From Methanobacteriota archaeon (lineage in GTDB: Archaea; Thermoplasmatota; Poseidoniia; Poseidoniales; Thalassarchaeaceae): a stretch of 42,950 nt of DNA. Location of the stretch: contig PBPH01000045.1 in assembly GCA_002725475.1 (NCBI GenBank), forward strand, positions 1-42,950. Reading direction: 5' to 3'. The notes beneath the pieces were generated by a model. It was given only the letters and a program-made list of their open reading frames with translations, had not been told where the DNA came from and searched no databases. Every line of letters starts with the position of its first letter. Position 1 is the first letter of the stretch. Shown one piece after another: positions 18,740 to 29,100 of the stretch. Made by a program: the position numbers and the translations under genes.

Positions 18740-19300
18740 CTATTCATGTAAGACTGATACCCAGTCAATCTGTTCCTCTGGGCCTTTAGGCTTGAATCCA
18801 TCTCTAATCCAGCATCCCATTTCCTCAAACAGAGCCCCAACACTCTGTTCCGTAGAGTTGAGCTCAAGACAAGGCAAATCACCCCATTCATGACTTTCAT
18901 TCCATGACCCTCCAAGAAGTTCCCACTCGCTGTTCTCCAAAATTTTTGATTCAACCCACCCTCTTTCTCGATTCCTTGCTGTTAGAATTTCTGGATTACA
19001 ACGTAGAATCACAATAGCATCTACGGGGAGGAGATGGGATAGATGGCCATCAACGAATGTTGTACCTGACGGTTTTTCATTCCATTTATCTCCAAGTTTC
19101 TCTGCTAGTTTTTCTATGTCGATAGGTCTTGCGTCATCAATCTCATCAATTTCTCCAATACAACCATATTCTTCTGCTAGTTGAATAACTTCTAATAATT
19201 CATATTTTGATCTTTGTGAAATGGCGTATTGAGCTAACGAACTCTTGCCGCATCCCGGTGTCCCGGTAATTGAAACGCGGCATCGGTCTAACTCAGTCAT
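18740..19300 (-). CDS. Adenylate kinase AK6/Fap7 family (start re-called at 19300)
   Basis: ITGTPGCGKS P-loop; hhhDGHLSH motif; LRCNP; RGW...KILEN.E. Confidence 0.9.
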   Translation of the reverse strand: MTELDRCRVSITGTPGCGKSSLAQYAISQRSKYELLEVIQLAEEYGCIGEIDEIDDARPIDIEKLAEKLGDKWNEKPSGTTFVDGHLSHLLPVDAIVILRCNPEILTARNRERGWVESKILENSEWELLGGSWNESHEWGDLPCLELNSTEQSVGALFEEMGCWIRDGFKPKGPEEQIDWVSVLHE

Positions 19301-19406
19301 TGACCATCCGTTGGTCGTTATGGTCATCAAGGTGATGGCGAAATCGGAGCAACTAGACTTAACAATTATACAGAGAGACCTCGCTATGCGTGGTAAGAGG
19401 GATGTT

Positions 19407-19658
19407 ATGATACGAACAACTGAAGCGACAGCCATTGTGTTGATAGTTGCTGAACCAGGAAGGGAGACAGAGGTATACAATGAGTTACAGGCAATACCCG
19501 AGGTGGCTGAGCAAATGCTTCTTTTTGGAGAATATGATTTGTATGTCAAAATAATTTGTGATGATTATGCATTACTGGGCAGTGTGGTGATTAACAAGAT
19601 AAGAGCAATTGACGGCGTCGATTCAACAAAGACATTAACCGCCGCATCAATGTTCTAG
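19407..19658 (+). CDS. Stand-alone Lrp/AsnC ligand-binding (RAM) domain protein
   Basis: AIVLIVAEPG, LFGEYDLYVKI, KIRAIDGVDSTKTL; no HTH; start re-called from 19245. Confidence 0.88.
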   Translation: MIRTTEATAIVLIVAEPGRETEVYNELQAIPEVAEQMLLFGEYDLYVKIICDDYALLGSVVINKIRAIDGVDSTKTLTAASMF

Positions 19659-19668
19659 ACGACTAATT

Positions 19669-20892
19669 ATGCGTAGGTTTCACGTACCTAATTACTCCCG
19701 CAAGTTTAACGAGAGGGGGGTATGGTATATTTCCGAAAACAATTCCATTGACATTAATGATGCTGAATTAGGCTGGTCTGGTGTTATAGATTTATTCAAT
19801 CCACGTAAATCTAAATTAGCCATAATGCTAATTTTTATTCCATTTGCGATATACTTCAATATCTTCGCACATAATGCTCCTCTAGCCTTCATTACTTCGA
19901 TAGTAGCAATAATGCCCCTTGCATATTTTATGGGTGTAGCAACTGAACAGATTTCTTTGAGGACCAATGAATCAATAGCAGGCCTACTAAATGCAACCTT
20001 TGGAAATGCTGCAGAGATGATTATTGCAATTCTAGCGGTTTTTGCTGCATCTTCTGCAATCAAATCAGGTGATTCAGATACTGCAAGTACAATGATTCAA
20101 GTTGTTCAAGCCTCGCTGATAGGATCTATTCTGGGTAATCTTCTGCTCGTATTGGGATTAGCATTTGTATGGGGGGGGATACATCACAAGGTTCAGAGTT
20201 TCTCATCCGGGCAAATGGGTGCTAACGCTTCTCTTCTTTTGTTGGCAGTAATTGCTCTAATTCTCCCAGCTGCATATCAGTACACTGGTAATGGGCATGA
20301 AGAAGCAATTATCACCCTATCTAGGCTGACTTCAATCGTTTTACTTGCGATGTATGGTTTGTTTCTTGTTTTTCAATTTCGAACTCACACCGACTTATTC
20401 GCAACGGACGGGCATCACCATGATGAACCACCAATCATGGGTCAGCGTCAGGCTGCTATCCTATTGATTGGAGCTACAGTGATGGTAGCATGGATGGCTG
20501 AAATTATGATTCATTCAATCGAATCAGCAGCTGATGAATGGGGGTTACCTACTCTTTTTATTGGAGTCATATTGCTTCCACTATTTGGTAATGCGGCAGA
20601 GCATTTCACAGCGGTTCATGTGGCTGGAAAGGACAAGATGGATCTCGCCTTCTCCATTGCAGTTGGTTCCAGCACCCAGATTGCGGTACTCGTGGCTCCG
20701 GCTATGGTAATTATTGCGTGGCTCATTGAAGTCCCCCTTACGTTCCAGTTCGGTCTATTTGAGACGGTTGCAACATTCCTAGCAGTTCTGATTACCAACA
20801 CTATTGCTGCAGACGGTAAATCCAATTGGCTTGAAGGTGCTTTGCTATTAGCAACCTACACGATACTAGCCATGGCTTTCTTCTTATATTGA
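19669..20892 (+). CDS. cax: Ca2+/H+ exchanger (CAX/ChaA family)
   Basis: alpha repeats LNATFGNAAE and GNAAEH; GSILGNLLL; GSSTQIA; true start uncertain. Confidence 0.92.
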   Translation: MRRFHVPNYSRKFNERGVWYISENNSIDINDAELGWSGVIDLFNPRKSKLAIMLIFIPFAIYFNIFAHNAPLAFITSIVAIMPLAYFMGVATEQISLRTNESIAGLLNATFGNAAEMIIAILAVFAASSAIKSGDSDTASTMIQVVQASLIGSILGNLLLVLGLAFVWGGIHHKVQSFSSGQMGANASLLLLAVIALILPAAYQYTGNGHEEAIITLSRLTSIVLLAMYGLFLVFQFRTHTDLFATDGHHHDEPPIMGQRQAAILLIGATVMVAWMAEIMIHSIESAADEWGLPTLFIGVILLPLFGNAAEHFTAVHVAGKDKMDLAFSIAVGSSTQIAVLVAPAMVIIAWLIEVPLTFQFGLFETVATFLAVLITNTIAADGKSNWLEGALLLATYTILAMAFFLY

Positions 20893-20906
20893 TCAAATTT
20901 AAGTTT

Positions 20907-21608
20907 TTAATTTTGAGATTTTCCTAAGTTGCCAGTCCAATATCCCCATATTATAAATCCACTAATTAGTGAAATCATATGAGCTGAAGATGTGAAAATA
21001 CTGATTCCATGTAAAAAATGATTCCAAGATTCAAAACCAATTGCAATTGAAGGAACCACCCATTTATTCTTGGTTTGATGAGCAGATGCGCCGATAATTC
21101 CGTAGAAACCGGCAGAACCTCCCATCCAGTTGCGTGATAGACCACTAGCAAGGAGTTGACTTCCGGGCAAAAAAATTTCCAAAGTATTCATTATAACCGC
21201 CATTGTTATTGCAGTTATTGAGGTAAAGAGCATGAAAAGAAAATAGGTTTGTAGAAGTCCTTGTCGAAGTTCAAATGATTGTACAAAAATCATTAATCCA
21301 ACAGAAACGAAAATTATGTGTTCATTAGAATTATGAAATATAGGGGCAATTACTAGGGATGTGAAAAAATGCAGTGGGGCATCAAAAAGTCCAGTTGGCC
21401 AAAGCCCACCTATGCAAGAGGTCATGTCATTTGTATAGTCGCATGTTTTTTCTGGGCCGTTGCCCACAAAAATCCAAATTATCCATATAATTATCAGGTA
21501 AGTGAAACTAAATTTTCTAGATAGAAATATTTGGTAAGGCCGCAAACGTTTCCCGTTGATGTCACACCAAGGCCAAGACCAAGGAAAAACACCCCTTTTT
21601 CCATCCAC
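20907..21608 (-). CDS. Rhomboid-like intramembrane serine protease
   Basis: Multiple TMs; FHNSNEH loop; GGSAG (GxS); SAHM (catalytic His position); GTG after SD AGGTGA overlapping upstream stop. Confidence 0.6.
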   Translation of the reverse strand: MDGKRGVFPWSWPWCDINGKRLRPYQIFLSRKFSFTYLIIIWIIWIFVGNGPEKTCDYTNDMTSCIGGLWPTGLFDAPLHFFTSLVIAPIFHNSNEHIIFVSVGLMIFVQSFELRQGLLQTYFLFMLFTSITAITMAVIMNTLEIFLPGSQLLASGLSRNWMGGSAGFYGIIGASAHQTKNKWVVPSIAIGFESWNHFLHGISIFTSSAHMISLISGFIIWGYWTGNLGKSQN

Positions 21609-21612
21609 ATAA

Positions 21613-22902
21613 TCACCTTTGAGGTGGATTAATTCCGTCGTAATATTCTGCAACTGCTAATTCTAATTCCCCTATAATTTGATTTTCATTTAGAGTAAGG
21701 GTTTTCCCATCACGACGAATACAATTACCATCTACCCATACATCTAGGCATCTTGCTGTAGAATATAGTAGATTAGCAAGTAGTCGTCGGTCACCTATTC
21801 CACGGGGCCTCATACTGATATCATCTAGAGACCAAGTTACCCAATCATTGGAGCCCTTTGTTGCAAGTTGCCATGTTTCAGTTGGTGGTAAAATAGTAGC
21901 ATCCCAGTGATCATGGCGTTGAATAAGTGATGCAGATTTAGCATCAGATCTCATATCTAGTGAATTGTTTGAGGCAGCACCATCAGTGCCTAGCCTCACA
22001 TCTACCCCAGCCTCTTTCATTGCAGGATAGGAAAGAGTCCCTCCAGTAGCTAACTTTTGATTACTAACAGGGCAATGAACAGCGTGAGCGTTGTGTTTTG
22101 CAAGGATTCGCATTTCGCGTTTGGTTACCCAACCACAATGAGCACAAACAGTTCCTTCAGTGAAATAGTCAATTGAATCTAGATATTCAATAGGATACAT
22201 ATTGTGTTCAGCGTGACAGGCTGCTACTTCAGCCCGTGTTTCTGAGGTATGGATATGTAATCTAGATCCATATTTTCTTGACAAATCGCTTGCCCTTCTC
22301 AATACCTCTTCTGAACAGGTATAAATTGCATGAGTGGCTATGCCATATTCTACCCTCCCTTCAGCTAATTTTCCTGAACGAATCAACGATTCTAATTCAT
22401 TCAATACTCTACCACTATCAGGAGAGCCATCTTTTGAGGGGGGCCAATCAGTAGTTGGTCCGCACACAATTCCACGTATCCCTGAATCAGCAATTACAGG
22501 TGCAATCGCTTCTGGGAAATGGTACATATCACATGCAAAGGTAGTTCCAGAACCAATTAATTCAGCAACACCTGCCAAGGTTCCAATTTTCACAAATTCG
22601 GGTGTTACCCTCCTCTCAGTTGGGAAAATATTGCTTTCAAGCCAATCATTGAGAGTTAGGCCCTCCCCCATCCCTCTATTGAGTACCATTGGTAAATGGG
22701 TGTGCCAATTTTGCATTGATCTTGTAATTACAAGAGTAGAGCCATCAATAGTTTCTTGAACATCCTCATCTCCATTTGAGTAGCTCCATGTTCCATTTGG
22801 ATGTAGGATAAAATCTCCACGCATTATTTTGCAATCATGGTCTATAAGACAGCATTCAGTATAACGAATAACTCCACTCGAATCATCGACCACAACCATC
22901 AC
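21613..22902 (-). CDS. Amidohydrolase, MTA/SAH deaminase (MtaD/DadD)-like
   Basis: NWHTH, GTTFACDMY, HAIYTCS, HIHTSET, AHC, HCPVSNQKL, GTDGAASNNSLD. Confidence 0.85.
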   Translation of the reverse strand: MMVVVDDSSGVIRYTECCLIDHDCKIMRGDFILHPNGTWSYSNGDEDVQETIDGSTLVITRSMQNWHTHLPMVLNRGMGEGLTLNDWLESNIFPTERRVTPEFVKIGTLAGVAELIGSGTTFACDMYHFPEAIAPVIADSGIRGIVCGPTTDWPPSKDGSPDSGRVLNELESLIRSGKLAEGRVEYGIATHAIYTCSEEVLRRASDLSRKYGSRLHIHTSETRAEVAACHAEHNMYPIEYLDSIDYFTEGTVCAHCGWVTKREMRILAKHNAHAVHCPVSNQKLATGGTLSYPAMKEAGVDVRLGTDGAASNNSLDMRSDAKSASLIQRHDHWDATILPPTETWQLATKGSNDWVTWSLDDISMRPRGIGDRRLLANLLYSTARCLDVWVDGNCIRRDGKTLTLNENQIIGELELAVAEYYDGINPPQR

Positions 22903-22986
22903 CTACGAAGTGGGCGAGACGACTTTGCGCATCAGCATTGTTATGGCGGGGTTGAATAGAGCCGGCGTTTTCGATAAGTTTGTTCC

Positions 22987-23955
22987 ATGGCCGAAGACCC
23001 ATATCGTGTGCTGGGTGTATCTCCAGAAGCGAGTGACGCTGAGATTAAGCGCGCATATCGTAAACTCGCTAGACAACATCACCCCGATCGTAATCCCGAT
23101 GATGCCGCATCTGAAGGTCGATTCAAGGAAATTCAAGCAGCCTACGATTTAATCGACAATTCCGAAAAGCGCAGGAAATTCGATGAACAAAAGAGGATTT
23201 CCAATATGTTCGGTAGCGGTGCTGGTGGGGATTTCGGTAATTTTGAATTTAACTTTGAAGGGGGCGGGGGGATTGAAGATATTTTAGCGTCATTTTTCGG
23301 TGGAAAGGGAGCAAATCCCTACGCTGGCCAGAGTAGTGGAAGCATATTTGATCAAGGAGGCCGGCCACGTCAATCTCAGCAAACTAGGCCACAAAGGGGT
23401 TCTAACATTGACTCTCCACTTGACCTCAGTTTAGAAGAAGCTCAATCGGGGGTGAAGAAACCATTCACCATATCGAGGCGGAAAGTATGTGAAAAATGCA
23501 GGGGTGGTGGTTGTAGCAAATGTGGTGGCCAAGGAGTGATAAGAAAGACCAGTCAAATCACAGTTACAGTTCCTGCAGGGGCAGAACATGCTTCGGTAAT
23601 GAGATTGAAGGGAATGGGGCACCAATCACCAAACGGTCAAGCAGGAGATCTTCTACTTACTGTCAGGATAGATGCAGATGAAGGAAGAAGTTGGGAAGGT
23701 GGCCGCCTGATTCAGTTGGTAGAAGTATCTTACAGCACAATGATGCTTGGGGGGAAAGCAAGAATTCATACACCAGCAGGAAAGATAGTCGAAGTAGATG
23801 TCCCACCAAATTCACGTTCAGGAGACCGTCGCAGATTAAGAGGTCAAGGATACAACGGTGGCCCATTAGATGTAGAACTGACATTATCAGATTCAACAAC
23901 TCTCACTGCTGAGCAAGAAGCAGCGCTAAAGGCATTGAGAGATAGTGGGCTGTGA
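22987..23955 (+). CDS. dnaJ: DnaJ-family co-chaperone (J domain, G/F region, reduced Zn finger, CTD)
   Basis: DPYRVLGV, AYRKLARQHHPDRN, G/F-rich linker, CEKCRGGGCSKCGGQG, GDLLLTV. Confidence 0.88.
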   Translation: MAEDPYRVLGVSPEASDAEIKRAYRKLARQHHPDRNPDDAASEGRFKEIQAAYDLIDNSEKRRKFDEQKRISNMFGSGAGGDFGNFEFNFEGGGGIEDILASFFGGKGANPYAGQSSGSIFDQGGRPRQSQQTRPQRGSNIDSPLDLSLEEAQSGVKKPFTISRRKVCEKCRGGGCSKCGGQGVIRKTSQITVTVPAGAEHASVMRLKGMGHQSPNGQAGDLLLTVRIDADEGRSWEGGRLIQLVEVSYSTMMLGGKARIHTPAGKIVEVDVPPNSRSGDRRRLRGQGYNGGPLDVELTLSDSTTLTAEQEAALKALRDSGL

Positions 23956-23963
23956 AAACGAGT

Positions 23964-24647
23964 TCATCTTGGTTTAGGTAAAAATGGAATTAATCCATCC
24001 GCTAGGCTAGGAACATTTCGAGTTTGAATCCAAACGGTTCCTTCTCCAGAAAAGTGCATCACCAAACCTTCTCCTCCAAATGCCAATGATTTGAGACCAC
24101 CAACTCTACCAATATTATACTGTAATCCATTAGTAAATGCTACAACATGGCCAGTATCTATTGTGATAGTTTGTCCTTGCTGAATTTGCATTGGTTTAAT
24201 TGCCCCATATGAATTGTAGTATACTCGCCCAGCCCCCGTTGGACAGGTTGCGTGTATGAAGAACAAACTTTCACCACTGAACAATCCTTTCATTCCTTGA
24301 AATTTAGTATCAGTTTCCACATTCATAGTGGAGGCTAAGAATGATCCTCCTTGAATAAATAAGGGTTGATTTGGTTGAATATCAAACCAAGCAATGTCTC
24401 CTGGCATTGCTGGTGCAAGGCTAATCCATCCACCTTGTGGGCCAGCAGTAAATGTGTTCAAAAAGAATGATTCACCACCAAACGCCATTTTCTTGAGGCC
24501 TTTTAGGAAACCACCACTTGATTTTGTCTCCATTTCCACCCCTGCTTGCGCCACCATTCCCCCAGGCTCAACTTTGATTGCTTCACCTGGGTCCAAACTA
24601 ACGGTCAACATTGAATAACTGGGGTTAAACTCTAACTGTTCCTGCAT
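23964..24647 (-). CDS. TIGR00266/AIM24 family protein
   Basis: EPGGMV, GGESFFLNTF, GESLF, IDTGHVVAF, GGEGLVMHFSGEGTVWIQTR. Confidence 0.92.
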   Translation of the reverse strand: MQEQLEFNPSYSMLTVSLDPGEAIKVEPGGMVAQAGVEMETKSSGGFLKGLKKMAFGGESFFLNTFTAGPQGGWISLAPAMPGDIAWFDIQPNQPLFIQGGSFLASTMNVETDTKFQGMKGLFSGESLFFIHATCPTGAGRVYYNSYGAIKPMQIQQGQTITIDTGHVVAFTNGLQYNIGRVGGLKSLAFGGEGLVMHFSGEGTVWIQTRNVPSLADGLIPFLPKPR

Positions 24648-24686
24648 AAATCTATCCTGATATATTTACTCTATTATGCTTTTTAC

Positions 24687-26078
24687 TCAATCAGCATGTA
24701 CGTCGTTGACGTCTAGCCAAGTTACTTCACAATCCAATTCTAACAATCCAGCGATGCTCGGAACAGTTCTCCCCTCATCTCCATGAACCAATTCTTTGAC
24801 ATAAGTTCCACTTTGAACTCTGACATCCATTTGAATTTCACTTTCATCTGTGATAATATTTTCAATACTTACCACTTTACGATGCCTAACTTTGTCAGCT
24901 CTTCTATGTGCTACGCGCTGTGGTGTTTGTTGTTCTAGAGTAACCCCTTCCATTGAATTGATAGTTTCCTCAACCTTTTCAGCATCGTATTCTCCATGTA
25001 TAAGAAACCGGATAGTGTATGATTTTTCAGCGTCAGTTCCTTTGATTCTTGCCACTTCGGAACGTCTTGAATGGCGTAAATCACTAATTTCAATTCTGCC
25101 TTTCGATGTTGAATTTACTAGTTCCGCCATTTCTTCCAAATCAGCATATCTCCTTTTTGGGCCCTTCATTTCAACAACAAATGGTCTGCCTCGCCCAAGG
25201 CATCTAACGTCGATATCTTCTCTTCCCATTCCGTGAAATGCAGTGTCTCTGGCATCAAATGCGGCCCTCAGTGGTTCCCCAATCAAATCTTGAACGCTAG
25301 TGGCATATTGCTGGCCAGTTCCATCACATGATACACAACCCCCATCACGTCCTTTACAGGATCGACAGGGCCAACGAGTCTGAGGAATTCCTCTTTCCAA
25401 TTTTCTATATCTACCGTAGAGATAGAGCGAGCGTAATTCAATAGTCGGCTCAAGAGTTAATGTATCAATTAGTAGCATCACCTCTGGTTTTTCTTTCACT
25501 AAGGTAACGTCATTTAATTTTGAAGACAATTTAGTTCCCAAAGCGTCGTTAAAGGCAGATTTTAGCGCTTGGCTTCCGTTTGCTCCAAACTGAGTACGTA
25601 GATCATCTTCAGTAACAACCTGATCTTTGGCAAAATGGGCTCCTAGTTGCAACTTACTAAATTCAAATTTAATTAATTGATTTGATACTAATTCTGCAAT
25701 TGATTCAATATCAACGAAGAGGTCTTCACAAAATGGGCAATATTCGACACTTTCGTCTTTTTTTGCTCCTCTATTAATTGATTCGTCCCTCAACTCGGCA
25801 CCGATTTTTTCAATTTCTTCCCAATTGAATGGCTTTCCTGATAGACGAGCAATACAATGGTTACAAGCACCCATCATGACGAGATTATCCAACCCATCAT
25901 CTGACGGTGGTGGTGAATAAACAACTAATTCACCTAATTCTAAATCGTATTCACTTTCTTCTTCTTCTTCAACTTCTTCTAAAGGCACTAAATCAGCCCA
26001 AGGGTCGTAAGCAGAGCCATAACCTGCAGAAGCAAAATTGCTCCAATCATCATCTTCGGTATTCTCTTCTTCGGACAT
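24687..26078 (-). CDS. pus10: tRNA pseudouridine(54/55) synthase Pus10
   Basis: YGRYRKLERGIPQTRW, FHGMGREDIDVR (catalytic Asp), QQTPQRVAHRRAD, GTYVKELVHGDEGRT. Confidence 0.95.
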   Translation of the reverse strand: MSEEENTEDDDWSNFASAGYGSAYDPWADLVPLEEVEEEEESEYDLELGELVVYSPPPSDDGLDNLVMMGACNHCIARLSGKPFNWEEIEKIGAELRDESINRGAKKDESVEYCPFCEDLFVDIESIAELVSNQLIKFEFSKLQLGAHFAKDQVVTEDDLRTQFGANGSQALKSAFNDALGTKLSSKLNDVTLVKEKPEVMLLIDTLTLEPTIELRSLYLYGRYRKLERGIPQTRWPCRSCKGRDGGCVSCDGTGQQYATSVQDLIGEPLRAAFDARDTAFHGMGREDIDVRCLGRGRPFVVEMKGPKRRYADLEEMAELVNSTSKGRIEISDLRHSRRSEVARIKGTDAEKSYTIRFLIHGEYDAEKVEETINSMEGVTLEQQTPQRVAHRRADKVRHRKVVSIENIITDESEIQMDVRVQSGTYVKELVHGDEGRTVPSIAGLLELDCEVTWLDVNDVHAD

Positions 26079-26174
26079 TGTATGACCCTATGCCGCCGAA
26101 CGGGGAGACCGGTCGATTGCAAATCTCCGACTTGCTCCTCCTTCAAGAGACTATGCTATCTTTAGATGGGTGAA

Positions 26175-29100
26175 TTAGATCAATTTAGCATCTTTAAGAA
26201 CAGATCTATATGATATGATTCCTAACATTCCACAGGCAATAATCAAAGATGCAATTAAGGAGAAGAAAATCATTGCTGCCGAGAAGGTCCCAAATAGGGA
26301 GAAGAAGCCCATTGGTGATAGAGAGATTACTAGGAATCCAAGAATATCTGATGCTGCAGAGCCGATTAATGCTACACCAGATGCCCCACCAACGGCAATG
26401 ATGCTTGCTAGAACCGTTTCACCTCTGTATCTCTCTTCCCTGAATCTTTCAATTACATGAATCACATAGTCAATTCCCACACCAAGTGATAATGTTGCAA
26501 TAGCAACGGTTACCATGTTCAAACCATAACCTAGCAATGCAATCAGTCCATACAACCAAATTACTACTACTAGTATAGGTCCAGTAGTTAGTAGTGACAG
26601 GGCTAGAGAATCGTGACCCCAAACGACGCTAGCTATCAAAGCAAAGATGCCCACAATCATGGCAATCATTGATCCTGCAATCATTGAGGTCACAGACCAC
26701 GCCGCGAGTCCAATGGCGAGTGGAACAAAACCAAATGACAAGGTTGCCCAAAGTGCCCCACTCTCGACATTTATTTTCATTCGTTCTTTATTCTCCAATA
26801 CCGTGGGGCGGAATCCCCACCATAATGTCATTACACAGAAAATTACGCCTAGCAATAACGTTGATTGCATCTCATTTTGTAAAGATGAGGCTGCTACATA
26901 GCGAGCAACTGGCTCACCGGTAGCAATCGCCCATGTAACCGGAAATTCATCGTTGGAAAAAGCATCATCCAAGTTTCCCTTTGTTTTCATGTCATCATCC
27001 GAGAGGTTATCAAACGGGGATAAATCACGATATAGTTCTGCTAAAGCTTTCTCAACAATCGGAAATTGTTCGGGTTGTCTAAGTCCATAACGAAGTATCA
27101 TTCGTTCATAACGGGGGATACTACCATCTTCCGCTAACCAAGGTTTGTTTGGGTCTAGTGGTCGGTCAGGTGAAATGTATAGAGCCATAATTGTCGGCGG
27201 TAGTTGTGGAGTAGAATTTGTTTCTGGGATCCCATGAACGGAAACAAAACCAACTAGGAATCGTAGGCAATCCTCATCATCAACCATCGGCAATCCGAAA
27301 TTTGATCGATTACAGTTTACCCCACCTAGTGAATCAGTGGGGTCCCATCCTGCCTGTGCAAACTGAGTGATGTTGTTTGCCATTGCAAGAATTGCTAGAT
27401 TAACGAGGATATCGTACCCACCCAAATCTACATTCCCATCTGCCGAAATAGAAAATCTATCGGGATCATCAGGGCCACGGATATTCATATTTGCTCGAGT
27501 TTCAAGTATTGCAGAATACACGCGTGGGTCAACAACATCTCCTTCAATTAAAATTTCACCAGGTTCTCCTTCTGAATAGAAACGTGTGTTAACTAGGGAT
27601 ACAACAGTGGCGAAATCGGACTCCTCATCGAAGAAATCTTCCACTTTGAAATCCCCTTCAAGACTAAACATCATAGGTGCGGCTAATGTAGAAATTAGTA
27701 GTGCTACAATCACTACAAGGGGTCCCGCAATTGCCGAAGTTTTTGCTACATTTGCCAACCAATCACTAGGAACCAAGTGAATTGTTGAACTATCTTCAGG
27801 TTCTAGTTTCTCCCTTTTTTCCATCCATTTATCCACATCTAGTCTTACTATAGGAACCCACAAGCCTGTTAGAACAAAGGCTGAAAAAACACCAAGGGCA
27901 GCTTCTATTCCAAATGAGCGAAGAGCAGGGATATCTGAAACGAGATTAGCCGAAAAAGCAGCCATTGTAGTCATTGATGTTAGTAAAATTGCACGACCTA
28001 CGCGACTTACTGATATTGCGGCAGAACTATTACAATCCAATCCCTTTTTCCTTTCCTCTTTGTAACGGTGTAGGACATGTAAACTATCATCAATTCCTAG
28101 AGCAAGAATGAGTATTGGTAGTAGATTTGAGAATTGACTTCTCTCAATTAATGGATATCCAACGGCTTGACTTGCCTGTCCAATCCATCCAATGAGGCCA
28201 AACATCCATAATAGACTCAAACTCAAACCAGCTGATACAATACCAACATCACTCCAACGACGTAGGCTTGCCCAAAGAAGAATCAATACGACAAATCCCA
28301 TTAAAATTATTAGAGAATAACTCTCTAGTAATTCTCTATTTACTTCAACATTAATTCCTTCGGCAATTACAAAGGTTAGCGTTAAGTCATCAGATTCTCT
28401 CATTGAATTTTCTAATGATACTAACGCCCACTCCCATGAACAAGCTCCTTCACCTGACTCAATAGAGTTTAAACAAAATTCAGAATCTCTTTCGGGCGGG
28501 GTTGTAACTACCTTGAAACCATTCCATTTGTAGCCTGATTCTTTCCTTGCATCTATCCATTCTGAAGTCCATCCGGCATCTTCAGCATCACCCATGTCAA
28601 ATTGAATCAAAATCCATGTGGAACTTGCTGACCAACGTCCATTACCCCATGTAGCCCCATCCCAACTTCCATTTTTTGTTAAAGAACCGCCTATTGGCCC
28701 AATTACTCCATCCTCTGCGGCATGAAACCCTCGATCAATCGATAACCATCTAAGGAAAATACCATCACTACCTTCGATAATCCTTTGAACAGCAAGATCA
28801 ATGTGCGCTTGAGTTATTTGCGGATCATCAAAAGTAATACAATCTAATTCCCCACAATCAGTCCAATTTGTTTTTGGGGGAAGTGCTGCACCAAATGGGC
28901 TGAAGGTTGGTTTGGTTAGTATTGATTCTCCTGCCATGAATGAACGAATTTGGTCCGGGACAGTAATTACTCCATGGTACTGAACAAGTGTCACATCAGA
29001 AACGATTGGCCTATAGAATTCAGAAATTGGATTTGCTCTTGCCACCTCTGCTTTACTGTCAATTTCTCTCAAAACTGATAGATTTAATATCCCTCCAACT

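Noticed and set aside
19245-19549. Apparent long antisense overlap of AK6 and Lrp ORFs
   Set aside because: Over-extended starts; with starts at 19300 and 19407 the genes are simply divergent
19705-19731. Possible non-canonical ATT start for cax after a G-rich tract
   Set aside because: In-frame ATGs exist both upstream (19669) and downstream; cannot be resolved from sequence alone
25310-25375. CxxC...CxxCxGxG insertion in Pus10
   Set aside because: Common in euryarchaeal Pus10
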